A stretch of DNA of 64,000 nt from positions 38,341,003 to 38,405,002 of the forward strand of contig NC_068984.1 in assembly GCF_001194135.2 (NCBI RefSeq), read 5' to 3'. The notes beneath the pieces were generated by a model. The model had not been told where the DNA came from. It made no database searches and saw nothing but the letters and a program-made list of their open reading frames with translations. The DNA is from Octopus bimaculoides (taxonomy: Eukaryota). The position numbers were made by a program, and so were the translations under genes. Positions 1 through 12,258 of this stretch are shown in pieces (the first letter of the stretch is position 1; the number at the start of each line of letters is the position of its first letter).

Positions 1-37
<37 letters not shown>

Positions 38-1321
38 GTGTGTGTGTAATATTAATGTAATGTATGTGCTTGATACTTTGTAGTGTATGTACAGCATTGA
101 TAAGCCTCAGGTTATAGTGAAAGACACTTGTCTAAAATACTGCATGGTGAAATAGAACTGGAGATTTAGTGGTAACAAAGCAAACTCTACATCCACACAG
201 CCATGCCTGCACTCATACTCATATTTTCTGACTCGATGTTATTTTACAAGTAGTGTTCTAAACTCTACTTCAAATCTCTCCATGAGATAGTAAAACTTAA
301 CATATCCTGTCACATGTTTGAGTGTTTCACCTGTTATAAAATATTTTGATTAGATTTGCTGATTATTTCTTTTCATTAGACAATCCTGATAACTTGGTTT
401 TCTCTTATTTTAATTGTTTTATTTACTTGCACTTTGTATTTAGACTCTGAGTGCAGTAATACAGAGCTCACCTATAATTCTACAATGCATTAACTGCTGA
501 AACTATTACTTAAGAAAGAAAAAAAAAAGATAAAGTATTGATTTTTATTATTTGAGAAAAAACAACAAATAAAAAAATAAGAATATTAAATAAAAATATT
601 AATTAAACTTCTGTTATTTAAAGACAAGGACAACTCTTAAATTTATAATTGAAGAAGACAATTCTTTCCTTACACACCCATGGAAGTTGTTGTAAAATAA
701 AAGCAAACATAAAAATTAAGTAAAACCCTTCTCCTGGCAATTTGATTTTTGTTCCTCTTCCTCTTATTTAAATTGGAAGTGTATTTGTTAATTGTTGCAT
801 GATAGAATAAGCTTGAACTATAATAAATAGCTTCCACTAGAGGCATCATAATTATTTCAGGCAGTACTAATCTCCATTAATGAATTGTCAAAGACTGCTG
901 GTATTTATTCCTACCTTGTTATTGTTAAGTGTATTTTATTTATTTTATTCATTCATTTAGTTTGTGTTTGAAACAGGGCTTGGCTAATTTCAGTACGGTA
1001 TCTTTCATTTCATTCATTATGTTCTGAGTTCAAATTAATCTATGGGTTAAGCATTTTATTCCACTGAATTTTCTCCGCCTCCATAGAAAAACTAGCTTTG
1101 TGCATAAATAAAAATGGTTTCAAACTTTCATTCTCTCTCTCTCATGTACCCACATGGTGGTGGTGGTGGTGGATCTCTTGTTTGATGATGATGATGATTC
1201 AAATATTTAGTCAATTAAATTATTTGATCCTGGACTAATGTGTAAGTAACTGAGAATTCCACAGACAGATGTACACAACATAATTCTTAGGCAGAATCAA
1301 TGTGACACAGTGTGTATGTAC

Positions 1322-1322
<1 letters not shown>

Positions 1323-1377
<55 letters not shown>
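1323..1377. repeat. (TG)n microsatellite
   Basis: Direct observation; one of many, e.g. (TA)n 1-33 and (TG)n ~1609-1636. Confidence 0.95.
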
Positions 1378-1379
<2 letters not shown>

Positions 1380-2268
1380 GTAACAAGCCTGCATCATGTG
1401 AATTACAGGTACAGTCCATGTGACAGGCTTCCATGTTGCTTCTGTCTACCCCATTTAACTCAAAAGGCATGGGTCGATTCAAGGCTTATGATAAATGATA
1501 TGTGACCTTTGCACATGATATCAGACTGTGGGAAAGAAACTAAGACCTTGTAGTTGTGAAGTGAACTTTTTAACCATCTAGCAGTTACTATGCCAACATA
1601 TATATTTATCTGTGTGTGTGTGTGTGTGTGTGTGTGTATAAAACAGACTTATACAAATGACTTGATAAGGTTTATGATTAATTGTAAGTATTCTTTTTCT
1701 CTGTCAATAGAATCCTTATAATTTACTGTCACATTATGCAATGGCTACTGTAATATGGTTATGAATAATATAAAAAAATCTATGCATACTCTCTCTCTCT
1801 TTCTCACTCTCACACACACATAAGTGTGTGTGTTTCTTTATATAAGGATGCAGGCGTGGCTGTTTCACATCCAAGCCATGTGGTTTTTAGATTCAGTCCC
1901 ACTTTGTGACACCTTGGGGAAGTGTCTTCTACTGTAGCCCAGGCCAACCAATTCCTTGTAAGTGGATTTGATAGGTGGAAACTGAAAGATGCCCGAGGCT
2001 ATAGTAGAAAACATTTGCCCAAGGTGCCATGCCTGCACCTATATATATATATATATATNNNNNNNNNNNNNNNNNNNNNNNNNNNNNNNNNNNNNNNNNN
2101 NNNNNNNNNNNNNNNNNNNNNNNNNNNNNNNNNNNNNNNNNNNNNNNNNNNNNNNNNNNNNNNNNNNNNNNNNNNNNNNNNNNNNNNNNNNNNNNNNNNN
2201 NNNNNNNNNNNNNNNNNNNNNNNNNNNNNNNNNNNNNNNNNNNNNNNNNNNNNNNNNNNNNNNNNNNN

Positions 2269-4104
2269 TTATGAGCTACAGAGCAAATATAGGGAAAATA
2301 AGGATAAACACAAGTTTATATTAAAGTTCCTACATGCATTTCATCATGTGTGTATATGCATAGGGGCTCATCAAGGATCAGTCCTCAGCTCCCTCTTATT
2401 TCTTTATTGCTCACAAGGGGCTAAACATAGAGGGGACAAACAAAGACAGACAAAGGGATTAAGTCGATTACATCGACACCAGTGCGTAACTGGTACTTAA
2501 TTTATCGACCCCGAAAGGATGAAAGGCAAAGTCGACCTCGGCGGAATTTGAACTCAGAGCGTAACGGCAGACGAAATACTGCTAAGCATTTTGCCCAGCG
2601 AGCTAACGATTCTGCCAGCTCTCCTCAGTCCTCTCTTAGTCCTACAGGCAATAACAGAGGAATTCAAGATAAGCTACCCCTGGGAGCTCCTCTAAGCTGA
2701 TGACCTTGCTCTAATAGTTGAGTCCCTACCAGAGCTAGAGAAGCTTCAGGTGTGGAAGCAAGGTCTAGAATCAAAGGGCCTTAGAGTCAATCTAGCAAAA
2801 ACCAAAATCTTAGTAAGTAGGATGGCAGTCAAATCACAAATCCCTTCAGGTAGACGGCCCTGCTCAATCTGTAGAAAAGATGTAGGTAGAAACTCCATAA
2901 GATGTAGCTGGTGTAAGCTATGGACACAGAAGAGTTGCAACAATATCAAAGGAAGGTTAACTGGGAAGATAGTTTTTGCGTGTGGCAAATGCACAGGTTC
3001 AATAAGCACCGAAGATATGCAGAAAACAGATTCCATCACATGCCAGAGAGAAAAGCTAGTAGTAGTTGATAGCTTCTGTTTCCTGGGTGACCAAGTCAGT
3101 AGTTGGAGTGGATGCTCTGAGAAGGTAGCTGCTAGAATAAGAATAGCCTGGGCAAAGTTCAGAGAGCTCCTACCTCTGCTGGTAACAAAGGGCCTCTCGC
3201 TCAGAGTGAAAGGTAGACTGCAGTGAAACATGGGCTGCGACTGCTGAGGACATGTGTAGGCTTGAAAGAAATGAAGCTAGTATGCTCCGCTGGATGTGTA
3301 ATGTCAGTGTGCATACATGACAGAATGTAAGCACCCAGAGAGAAAAGTTGGACATAAGAAGCATCAGATGTGGTGTGCAAGAGAGACAGCTGCACTGGTA
3401 TGGTCATTTGTTGTGTATGGATGGGGAGAGCTGTGTGAAGAAGTGTCACACCCTAACAGTGGAGGGAACCTGTGGAAGAGGTAGACCCAGCAAGACATGG
3501 GATCAGGTGGTGAAGCACAATCTTCAAATGTTGGGCTTCACAGAGGCAATGACAAGTGACCGAGACCTTTAGAGATATGCTGTGCTTGAGAAAACCTGTC
3601 AAACCAAGTGAGATCATAGCCGTGGCCGATGTCAGTGTTGTTTAATTGGCCCATTTAAAAATGCCCTTCAATTGTTGGGCAATATGCTATGCTTGAGAAG
3701 ACCTGTTGAATCAAGTGAAATTGTAGTCATGGCCAATGCCGGTGCCACCTGACTGGCACCTGTGTTAGTGGCACATAAAAAACACCATTCGAGTGTGGCC
3801 ATTGCCAGTACTGGTGGCATGTAAAAAGCACTGTTTGAGTATGGTTGATGCCAGTGCTGCCTGACTGGCTCCCGTGTCAGTGGCACATAAAAAACACCAT
3901 TTGAATGTGGTTGATACCAGTGCCGCTTGACTGGCCCCTGTGCCGCTACATTCTTGGAGTAGTTGGCATTAGGAAGGGCATCCAGCTGTAGAAACCTTGC
4001 CGGATCAGATTGGAGCCTGGTGCAGCCTTCTGCCTTGCCAGTCCTCAGTCAAACCGTCCAGCCCGTGCCAGCATGGAAAGCAGATGTTAAACAATGATGA
4101 TGAT
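2269..4104 (+). mobile_element. RTE-clade LINE, 5'-truncated and decayed (RT C-terminus plus 3' UTR with (GAT)n tail)
   Basis: GAHQGSVLS.LLF (~2360-2400); L*ADDL at ~2690 (YADD mutated to a stop); ORF 2750-3226 ...AWAKFRELLPLL...LSLRVKGRL; RQLHWYGH...GRGRPSKTW; tandem ~60-bp 3' UTR repeats; terminal CCAGCATGGAAAGCAGATGTTAAACAATGATGATG. Confidence 0.9.
2399..2621 (-). mobile_element. tRNA-headed SINE nested in the RTE RT
   Basis: A box TGGCAGAATCGTTAG and B box GAGTTCAAATTC; core GAGGTCGACTTTGCCTTTCATCCTTTCGGGGTCGATAAATTAAGTACCAG; degenerate TSD TCCTCAG(C)TCC(T)CTCTTA at 2382-2398 and 2622-2638. Confidence 0.85.
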
Positions 4105-4245
4105 ATATGTTAAAGTAATGAAGAAAGACAAACAATTAGGCAATGTAGGACAAGGACAAATAGGTAACACACCTATTTCAGCACTCAGAATACATACCTA
4201 TTAGTTTGAGTCTTCCTGATGAAAACTCATCAGCTCTTTCCCCTC

Positions 4246-4246
<1 letters not shown>

Positions 4247-4340
<94 letters not shown>

Positions 4341-4453
4341 TTCTCNNNNNNNNNNNNNNNNNNNNNNNNNNNNNNNNNNNNNNNNNNNNNNNNNNNNNNN
4401 NNNNNNNNNNNNNNNNNNNNNNNNNNNNNNNNNNNNNNNNNNNNNNNNNNNNN

Positions 4454-4491
<38 letters not shown>
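4247..4491. repeat. (CTGT)n/(CT)n and (TA)n microsatellites flanking an N gap
   Basis: Direct observation; gap at 4346-4453. Confidence 0.95.
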
Positions 4492-4494
<3 letters not shown>

Positions 4495-4707
4495 AAGTAA
4501 AAATCTTATTGTGTACAAGGGTGCGTAGTGATCAATTATAAATAAATATAAAATATATCAAGTACAGGACATCACCAATGAGTGAGAAATACGTAAACAC
4601 ATAATGAGAGACAAGTAGGGGACAAAATACCACAAGAAGTCAACCCCTCCTCAGTTGTCGACTGTTAATACTTGTATTTTATATTTAATGATTTATACAC
4701 ACACACA

Positions 4708-4739
<32 letters not shown>

Positions 4740-6169
4740 TAAATGTATCTCTGTCATTCAACAATGTCTCAGTTGTTCAATGGCTCAAATTACCTGCTCC
4801 TGAATTAATGTGTTTGTGGCTGAGCATACCAGACACACATACCTTTGATTTAATTATCATGCAGAACCAGCATAACATAGTGTGTGACAAAGCCATATGG
4901 TTATATCTTTCCAATTATAGGTACATCCGACAGACTTCAATGAAATTTCCATTTCTATCCTTTCCTTCACAAGAAATGGATTAACTCAAGGCTATAGAAA
5001 ATGACATATGACTTTATCAACTTAGGTAAAAAAGAGTTTAGTCATTCATTTACAGCTGTGAAAATTAGGAATGGGGAAATTCAGAATAGCAATGACAGGA
5101 AAATTTAGCTTTGGATAATCACCATCATCATCATTAATCAACATTAGCTTTCCATGCGAGTATCAATTGGATGGGTTGTCATTATCTATGTCAGTTTAGA
5201 GATACTGCTCTACCAGAGAAATTGGAGGATACATCTTGTCTATGACCTTCTTAACATTTACCACTTTACAGAGTATACTGAATTTGATTCTGGCACGAGC
5301 ACCAGAGAGGTTGTCATGTTTTTGACAGAACCAAAGTGCCCTCTTAAGTCCACACTTTAGCACTTTAGAGAGTGTATGTATCATGTTCATTTTGTGTCCT
5401 AGCACAAAAGAGGTTTCCTTGTTCTTGACAGGATTAAAATGTCCCCTTGGTCCCCAACAATAGATGGGTTGCTTTTTACTTTGACAATTAGAGTGTCCTC
5501 ACTACTCTATAAAGTTAGACTGAGGAGATGAATAAAAGGCACATGAGAACCAAGATGTGTGGCAAAGGCAAGAAAATGTGTTATGGTAGGAAGAGTAATT
5601 GAAGTGAGAAGGTAACAAAGAGAGTGAGAGTGAAGGATTATAAGATGGATAAATGGTAGGAGTAATTGATGGATGTCAATACCAGCTAGTTCATAAGGGG
5701 ATGGAATATAGAAGGAATAATGATACAGTGTATGGGGTGAGAGCTAGGAAAGGTTGAGCGTTGGTGAGACAGGTCATGTGATATTCCCATGTGAAGCATA
5801 GTGAGGTGAAGATGGGGGATCATCTGCCATCCTTTATCACACTAGTGACAGCATAGTACAGTGAGAGAGAAGAGAGAGAGAGTAAAAGAGGCATGAGTGA
5901 CTAAGGCTCAAATGAGAGAAGAGTGACATGGTTAAAAGGATGTATAATAGGATATTAGAGTGATGAGAGAGTATAAAGGTAGTAGAATATTTAGATTTGG
6001 TAGTGTGTGTACACACACATATATATACACATATATATTATATAAAATAGAGCTGCATGTGTGTGATTTTGCTTTTCACGCAAAAATAGCTGTGCAAATT
6101 GCTTCCATACTTGGGATGCATGAATAATTTGACCTCAGATACATAATAGTGTCTTCAGTTTATTTTTTA

Positions 6170-8688
6170 CTAGCAGCTAAGCCCAGTTTCACCCGGTCTG
6201 TTTGGGTAATGTGGCTGTGATCATTTTCGGTTAGGCATAATCTATAACAGCGTTTCTCAACCTTATCATTTTGGGTCCCCTGTTTCGATTGGAGCCTCCA
6301 GCTGTCTGAAAATTTCCTCCTCCACCTGTCAGAAAACAGCTTCGCCCATTCCCCTCTCCAAACCACCCTTAAAAATTTTTTTTTTCTGACAGAAACCCCC
6401 TTTTTGGCTACGGNNNNNNNNNNNNNNNNNNNNNNNNNNNNNNNNNNNNNNNNNNNNNNNNNNNNNNNNNNNNNNNNNNNNNNNNNNNNNNNNNNNNNNN
6501 NNNNNNNNNNNNNNNNNNNNNNNNNNNNNNNNNNNNNNNNNNNNNNNNNNNNNNNNNNNNNNNNNNNNNNNNNNNNNNNNNNNNNNNNNNNNNNNNNNNN
6601 NNNNNNNNNNNNNNNNNNNNNNNNNNNNNNNNNNNNNNNNNNNNNNNNNNNNNNNNNNNNNNNNNNNNNNNNNNNNNNNNNNNNNNNNNNNNNNNNNNNN
6701 NNNNNNNNNNNNNNNNNNNNNNNNNNNNNNNNNNNNNNNNNNNNNNNNNNNNNNNNNNNNNNNNNNNNNNNNNNNNNNNNNNNNNNNNNNNNNNNNNNNN
6801 NNNNNNNNNNNNNNNNNNNNNNNNNNNNNNNNNNNNNNNNNNNNNNNNNNNNNNNNNNNNNNNNNNNNNNNNNNNNNNNNNNNNNNNNNNNNNNNNNNNN
6901 NNNNNNNNNNNNNNNNNNNNNNNNNNNNNNNNNNNNNNNNNNNNNNNNNNNNNNNNNNNNNNNNNNNNNNNNNNNNNNNNNNNNNNNNNNNNNNNNNNNN
7001 NNNNNNNNNNNNNNNNNNNNNNNNNNNNNNNNNNNNNNNNNNNNNNNNNNNNNNNNNNNNNNNNNNNNNNNNNNNNNNNNNNNNNNNNNNNNNNNNNNNN
7101 NNNNNNNNNNNNNNNNNNNNNNNNNNNNNNNNNNNNNNNNNNNNNNNNNNGGAAGTCTTTCCAAAATATCTTTACAGAAAACAGCTTCAGGAGTTGTGAA
7201 GAAAGAATTTGTATGTAGTCTGTTTCTGAGAACTATTCTATTGGACATCTGTCTAATCACGTCTTTTAAGGTACACACACATACATAAAAAATGTGAGGT
7301 CATGGTAGAAAATTTTTACGATAGTTGATTTATAGAAAAGATTGTTAAATTTTTGAAATGCAAATCTGTGAATGAAAATTAAGTTCAGACCTCTACGTGG
7401 TAGGTAGACTTAGTAGAAATAGCAGCCAATCTCCCTGAAAACACCCTACTATATTAATGCGACAATTCTGCATATTATGTAATTTGAATGAGAAACTGTG
7501 ACTAAAGATGAAGATAATTAACCCCACAAAGAGGTGAAAGAAGAGAGACAGCATAGCGAAAGTTTTGGCTGTAGTCCCCTTGTTGCTGTGTGAGCAACTA
7601 AATAAAGAGGAGATTTGCATTAGAAAAAGTTTTAATCGATTTTCTCGGTAAGTATGAGGGCTAGGAAAAAAATAGAAGAGGCATTAAGAAGTTGACGTTA
7701 AGAATTGCTTTAAGAGTTAGAAAATGTTTGACATTTCAATCATCACCAAAAAATGAAGCTGTAAGAATTTACGGGGAAATTGTATGTAAGAAGTAAAGCA
7801 GAAATGATTTGTAACTGTACTGCCAAAGTTCTGCAACTTAATAGCAGACGTATCCAATTTAAGAAAAGTGAAGATAAAAGCTAAGTGGAGAAGTATGGAA
7901 TAAGTCATTGTTATACATTTATAGAAAAAATAGACCTTAGAGAACAAAATGTAGCTGAGAGCTATTGTATTAGACATTTGTCTAATCAGAGAGCAGAAAT
8001 TGAAAGAAGGTATATGAAATGGATGTGTGTGTGTGCGTTTTTTTGCGGATAATTTGGTGGGAGTTTTGCAGTCAGCATGAGGTGGTTTGTGTTTATCACT
8101 CAAGTCAAATTGTTGTGAATTTGTCTGTAATAGCAATTCCCGGACAAGTGAAAATATTTTTTTGATATGTGGTTGGGGAAAAAAGGGGATCTTTTGAAGT
8201 TGGCATGAAAGCAAAAGAGACAACGAGAGTGCAGTTGTATGAGTGAAGTTCTTTTGAAGTTGCGTGAGACGTAAGAATTGGTGTGTGTGTGTGTGTTTGA
8301 TGGGGTGTGTAAGACAGAATGTGTGGTGTGTATATGAATTGCTTTTGTGAGTGCGTGTGAAGAGACAGAGTAATGTTGATGGTGTGTGTGTATATGAGAG
8401 AAATAACTGAAATTTTTCATTCAGGTTTTGTAGTGAGTGATTGAGAGAGAGAGAGAGAGAGTGGTTATGTATGTATGAATGGCTTCAGTGACACACACAC
8501 ACAGAGGTTGTTTTAATCGATTTTCTCGGTAACTATGGGGGCTAGGAAAAAATACAAACCGCATTCCAATCTATGCACCAGTCTCTACATGTGTGCCATT
8601 TTTCAGGCAAATCCACCCAGCCGTTTGGCTGTGAACCTCAAGACAAGAAAGAATACAACGTTCACACATGTCAAATTTATATTATAGA
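6170..8688 (-). mobile_element. Non-autonomous Helitron (Lep1/HINE-like), spans a 737-N gap
   Basis: On -: begins A|TCTATAATATAAAT, ends with a short GC-rich hairpin (CCGG-GTGAAA-CTGG) then CTAG|T. Inserted at an AT dinucleotide with no TSD. Internal microsatellites and internal direct repeats (TTTAATCGATTTTCTCGGTAA at ~7631 and ~8514). Confidence 0.75.
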
Positions 8689-9694
8689 TTAAAAATTAAA
8701 AATAAATATGATTCACTTCTTTAAAAAGGTTTCTCAATGTCAACTTCTGGTATTGATGCAGCAATGGGGAAATTTTCTGTTTTCATTTGCAAAGTCTCTC
8801 TCTATTCTAATATTTTCATTTCAAGTTTTATTTCACTATTTTATTTCACAACTACGATAAATTACTGAAAGAAATATTTACTAAGTTCATAAATTTAAGT
8901 ATTTGGTACAAGATAGTTTTTAATGAGCTTTTATTTATATGGTTTTTTTTCATTTCATGTTTGTCATTCGTTGTTTGCAATGTTTTCTCTCTGTCTCTCT
9001 CTCTCTCTCTCACACACACACTGTTTCTCTAATATAAACACACACACACTGGCTCTGTAATATAAACACACACAGAGACACTCCAGGTTTGATTTCATTA
9101 TTACACAAATATCACATTAGAATTTTGCAATTCAACATAGGGTGTCCAAAAAAATATGGGCATTCTTTCACTTGAACCTGCACACTGTTAATTTCTGTAA
9201 AATTTTTTTAATTAATTTACTTTTTGCACACAATGTTCAGCTCTAGGTATTTGTAGTCAGTCACACATGCACATGTGGTTTTGTATGTATGTCTGTATAC
9301 ATTTATATATATATGTGTGAGAGAGAGAGAGTGAAGGGGTGTGTTGTCATGTATACGTACATATATAGATACATATGCATACATTTTTTTGTATGCATGT
9401 GTGTGTGAAACAGAGAGAGAGAGAGAGAGAGAGAGAGTGATGTCTAAGTGGCACTCACTCTCTCACACGCACACATATATACAAAAAAGATGTATGCGTA
9501 TTTATTTATGTACGTATGACAACACACCCCTTCTCTCTCTCTCTCTCACACACACACACACGTCCATTTCATCTGATGTGTGTGAGTGAGTGTGTGTGTG
9601 TGTGTGTGTGTGCATGGGGTATTCCACTATTGCCGTTTATTCCAATCACTCTTGTGAAGATATTCCCGTGACTCATTTTTTCATTATATATATA

Positions 9695-9729
<35 letters not shown>

Positions 9730-9767
9730 GTACATTTCAAAATAAGCAACAAGGATATCCAGAGGTA

Positions 9768-9855
9768 ATGCAGTACAATCGTTTCATGTAACTCCATTTA
9801 ATTGAACAAAGCAACCATTACATCAATTTAAATGCAGAGCAATCCTCAGCTGCAC
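9768..9855 (-). ncRNA. Candidate type I hammerhead ribozyme (minimal, Penelope/retrozyme-like)
   Basis: On -: stem I GTGCAG/CTGCAT; core CTGAGGA; long stem II (CATTTAAATTGA/TCAATTAAATG plus CTC/GAG); GAAA; 2-bp stem III (A-U, C-G) with loop GATT; cleavage triplet GTA. The stem II closing pair is U.U, which is non-canonical. Confidence 0.6.
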
Positions 9856-10127
9856 AAAGACATAGAATTTAATTAAATTAAAACAGATGGACACAGTATA
9901 ATTTTACCTAAAATCTCCAAGAAGTTAAGGAGATAGACAAAGAACATGCTGACTTCACTTCCACTTAAAAGCTACTAAGGTATCAGGAAGAAAGACTTGC
10001 TACAGATTTTGCTTGTCACTGTTTTATGGGGTCAGCTTATAGACTAGTATTATCAAATTTTTGTATATCTAAGTCTTAGAGAACAGAGGGCAGTGTCTGT
10101 TAGGGGTAGGGCTGAGGGATTCGACAA

Positions 10128-10266
10128 ATCCAGCTGTAGAAACTCTGCCAAATTTAGATTGGAGCCTGGTGTTGCCATCCGGTTTCACCAGTCCTCAGTC
10201 AAGTCGTCCAACCCATGCTAGCATGGAAAGCGGACGTTAAACGATGATGATGATGATGATGATGAT
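10128..10266 (+). mobile_element. Young RTE 3' tail fragment
   Basis: Near-identical to 27755-27933 and 45780-45953; (GAT)n tail. Confidence 0.85.
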
Positions 10267-12163
10267 TTATCTAAATATTAACTTATTAGATGGTGTCTAT
10301 GGAAATTGTTCAATTGGAATTTAACTGGTATTTAATAAAGGAGCACTAAAGCTAAACAACATGTTAACTATATACTAATTTAATTAAATTGAATTATTTT
10401 AAGTTGTGGAAATACCGGTATTGTTTTATATAAGCTAAGTATAATTTAATAGGGGTACAAAGATTAGATTTATTAAAGGCTAATACTCTAATCTTTATTA
10501 ACTTAACTTGAGTCTTCTTCTATGTTTTGCTTCCATATCTGGAATTTCTTCTCTAAATACATTACTGATTCAGCATAAAACTAGGTCATCAGTGTAAAGA
10601 AGTTCCCATGGAAAGCCAATGTTTTATAGCTTGGAGGACAGTGACAGAGGAGTTATAATAAATTAATATATTTTTAATTTGTGATGCCATCTATGTAATG
10701 AATAACAGCTAAATGGGTGACACCATATTTAATGCTTGAAGTGTCCAAAACTCAGGTATGATTAAATATGCAGTGGGATAAAACTAATATGAGTTAATGA
10801 CTAATCTTATTTCTATTTCACAAATATTGGATGCTTTTCTAGATACGTTTCAGCTTCCTTAGAAGTATAGTCATAGTTTCATTTTTGCTTGCTAAAGCGC
10901 TAGCAAATAGAGCATACTGAAATGTATATGTGGTGGTAAGTATTAAATAATTCCGAGATAGTATCTGCGTAATAAATAAGTATTGTTGCTGAGAATGTTT
11001 TAACAACACAAAAACCTGTCTAGTTACTTTTTATATTTTTATAAAAAATTGAAGCTATGATATTCTTCTTCAGTTAATATTGTTTTTCTGATTACAGGGT
11101 GGTAAATGGGCATAATTGTTTCAGCACAGGATAGAATACCTTGCAGTTTTTGTTCCAAGTCTCTGTGCTCTGAGTTCAAATCCTGCTGAGGGCACTATGT
11201 CTTTCATCCTTTCAGGGATCAACAAAGTCAGTGTTGTTGGGAGAATTGGTAAAAGTTTTAGAATATTTGGCCATTGGATGAAATACCTTGCAGTATCTGT
11301 GTTGGTTCTGTGCATTCTAAGTTCAAATCTCACCTTCTGTCACTAGAAAAAAGAAAGGTAACACCCCTCTTGTCAGGAGTTAGAACAGACAATATCAGTA
11401 ATGGAAAAAACAAACCTTGTTTCTTTGGTTTGACTGGAAGATTGATTGCTACCATGACCACCACCTTTCACTCCATATTTTGTCCTACTTTTTATTTTTT
11501 AATGTACCAAGTATTGAATAAGCTTTCACTCACTTACCTACTTCTGTTACTTTTGCCTTACCTCCTTTTGAGATTAATGATGTCAGGAACAATGGATTGG
11601 GAGAAATGCTAGTATCAGATGAGACTCCTTGCTGTATCTCATCAGGCTCTTTCTATTCTAAGTTTAAATTTCATCAAAGCACCAATAGCCAGGGCTGATC
11701 ACTTAGTCAGAGGAGCACCCCATCCTGCCTGCAAATGGCCAGTATGGATAAAGTGGCAAGGGCCACTTTATCTGTGACACTCACTCAGAAGTGGTCTGAT
11801 AATGACTGAATGGAATGGGTAGGAAATGAATGAATGTATGTATGTGGTGTTCTTAATAGTGAAAACCTCCATCTTAATCATTTCCATCTCACTTCTCTCA
11901 TCACATTAGCCTTCTAACAACTCCTTATAGTTATGACCTGTCTTCATCAACCCTCTCATCTCTCCTCCTGTATTTTCTCTCTTAACTCTTCTTTCTCCTT
12001 CCCCCTTCTTCCTTTTCTGCCTCCTTCATTCATCTATATTTTCTTCCTTTGTACTTCTCTCGCATCCCTCTCATCATCATCATTTAATGTCTGTTTTCCA
12101 TACTTCTTAAAACAATACTCGATACTCTTGGTGTCACTTTAACCTTGTTTATTTCTCTTCCAG

Positions 12164-12258
12164 CTGTATCATATGCCAACAAGACACTCTGTGACACATT
12201 GTATGAAGTTTATGAAGATGACTGGGAAGACCAGAAATCCTTCCACAGTCATTTAGAG
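12164..12258 (+). CDS. Amph: Amphiphysin/BIN1-like, first coding exon found (BAR domain; upstream exons not found)
   Basis: ttctcttccag acceptor; phase 1 (A)VSYANKTLCDTLYEVYEDDWEDQKSFHSHLE; gtaagt donor. Resembles the amphiphysin BAR helix (..SKTLMD..EIYEP.W). Confidence 0.9.

Noticed and set aside
861-900. Possible upstream amphiphysin exon (phase 0-1, AVLISINELSKTA)
   Set aside because: The phase fits, but the peptide does not resemble the expected RLQK(D/E)L..Y segment and the donor (gtattt) is weak.
4190-4245. CTGATGA plus a 6-bp stem on -, with a loosely similar sequence at ~58925-58965
   Set aside because: GAAA or the core is disrupted and there is no stem I in either copy; too degenerate to call.
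1922-7288. Long ORFs running through N gaps (also 45380-45658 and 61201-61501)
   Set aside because: Artefacts of N translation and microsatellites.
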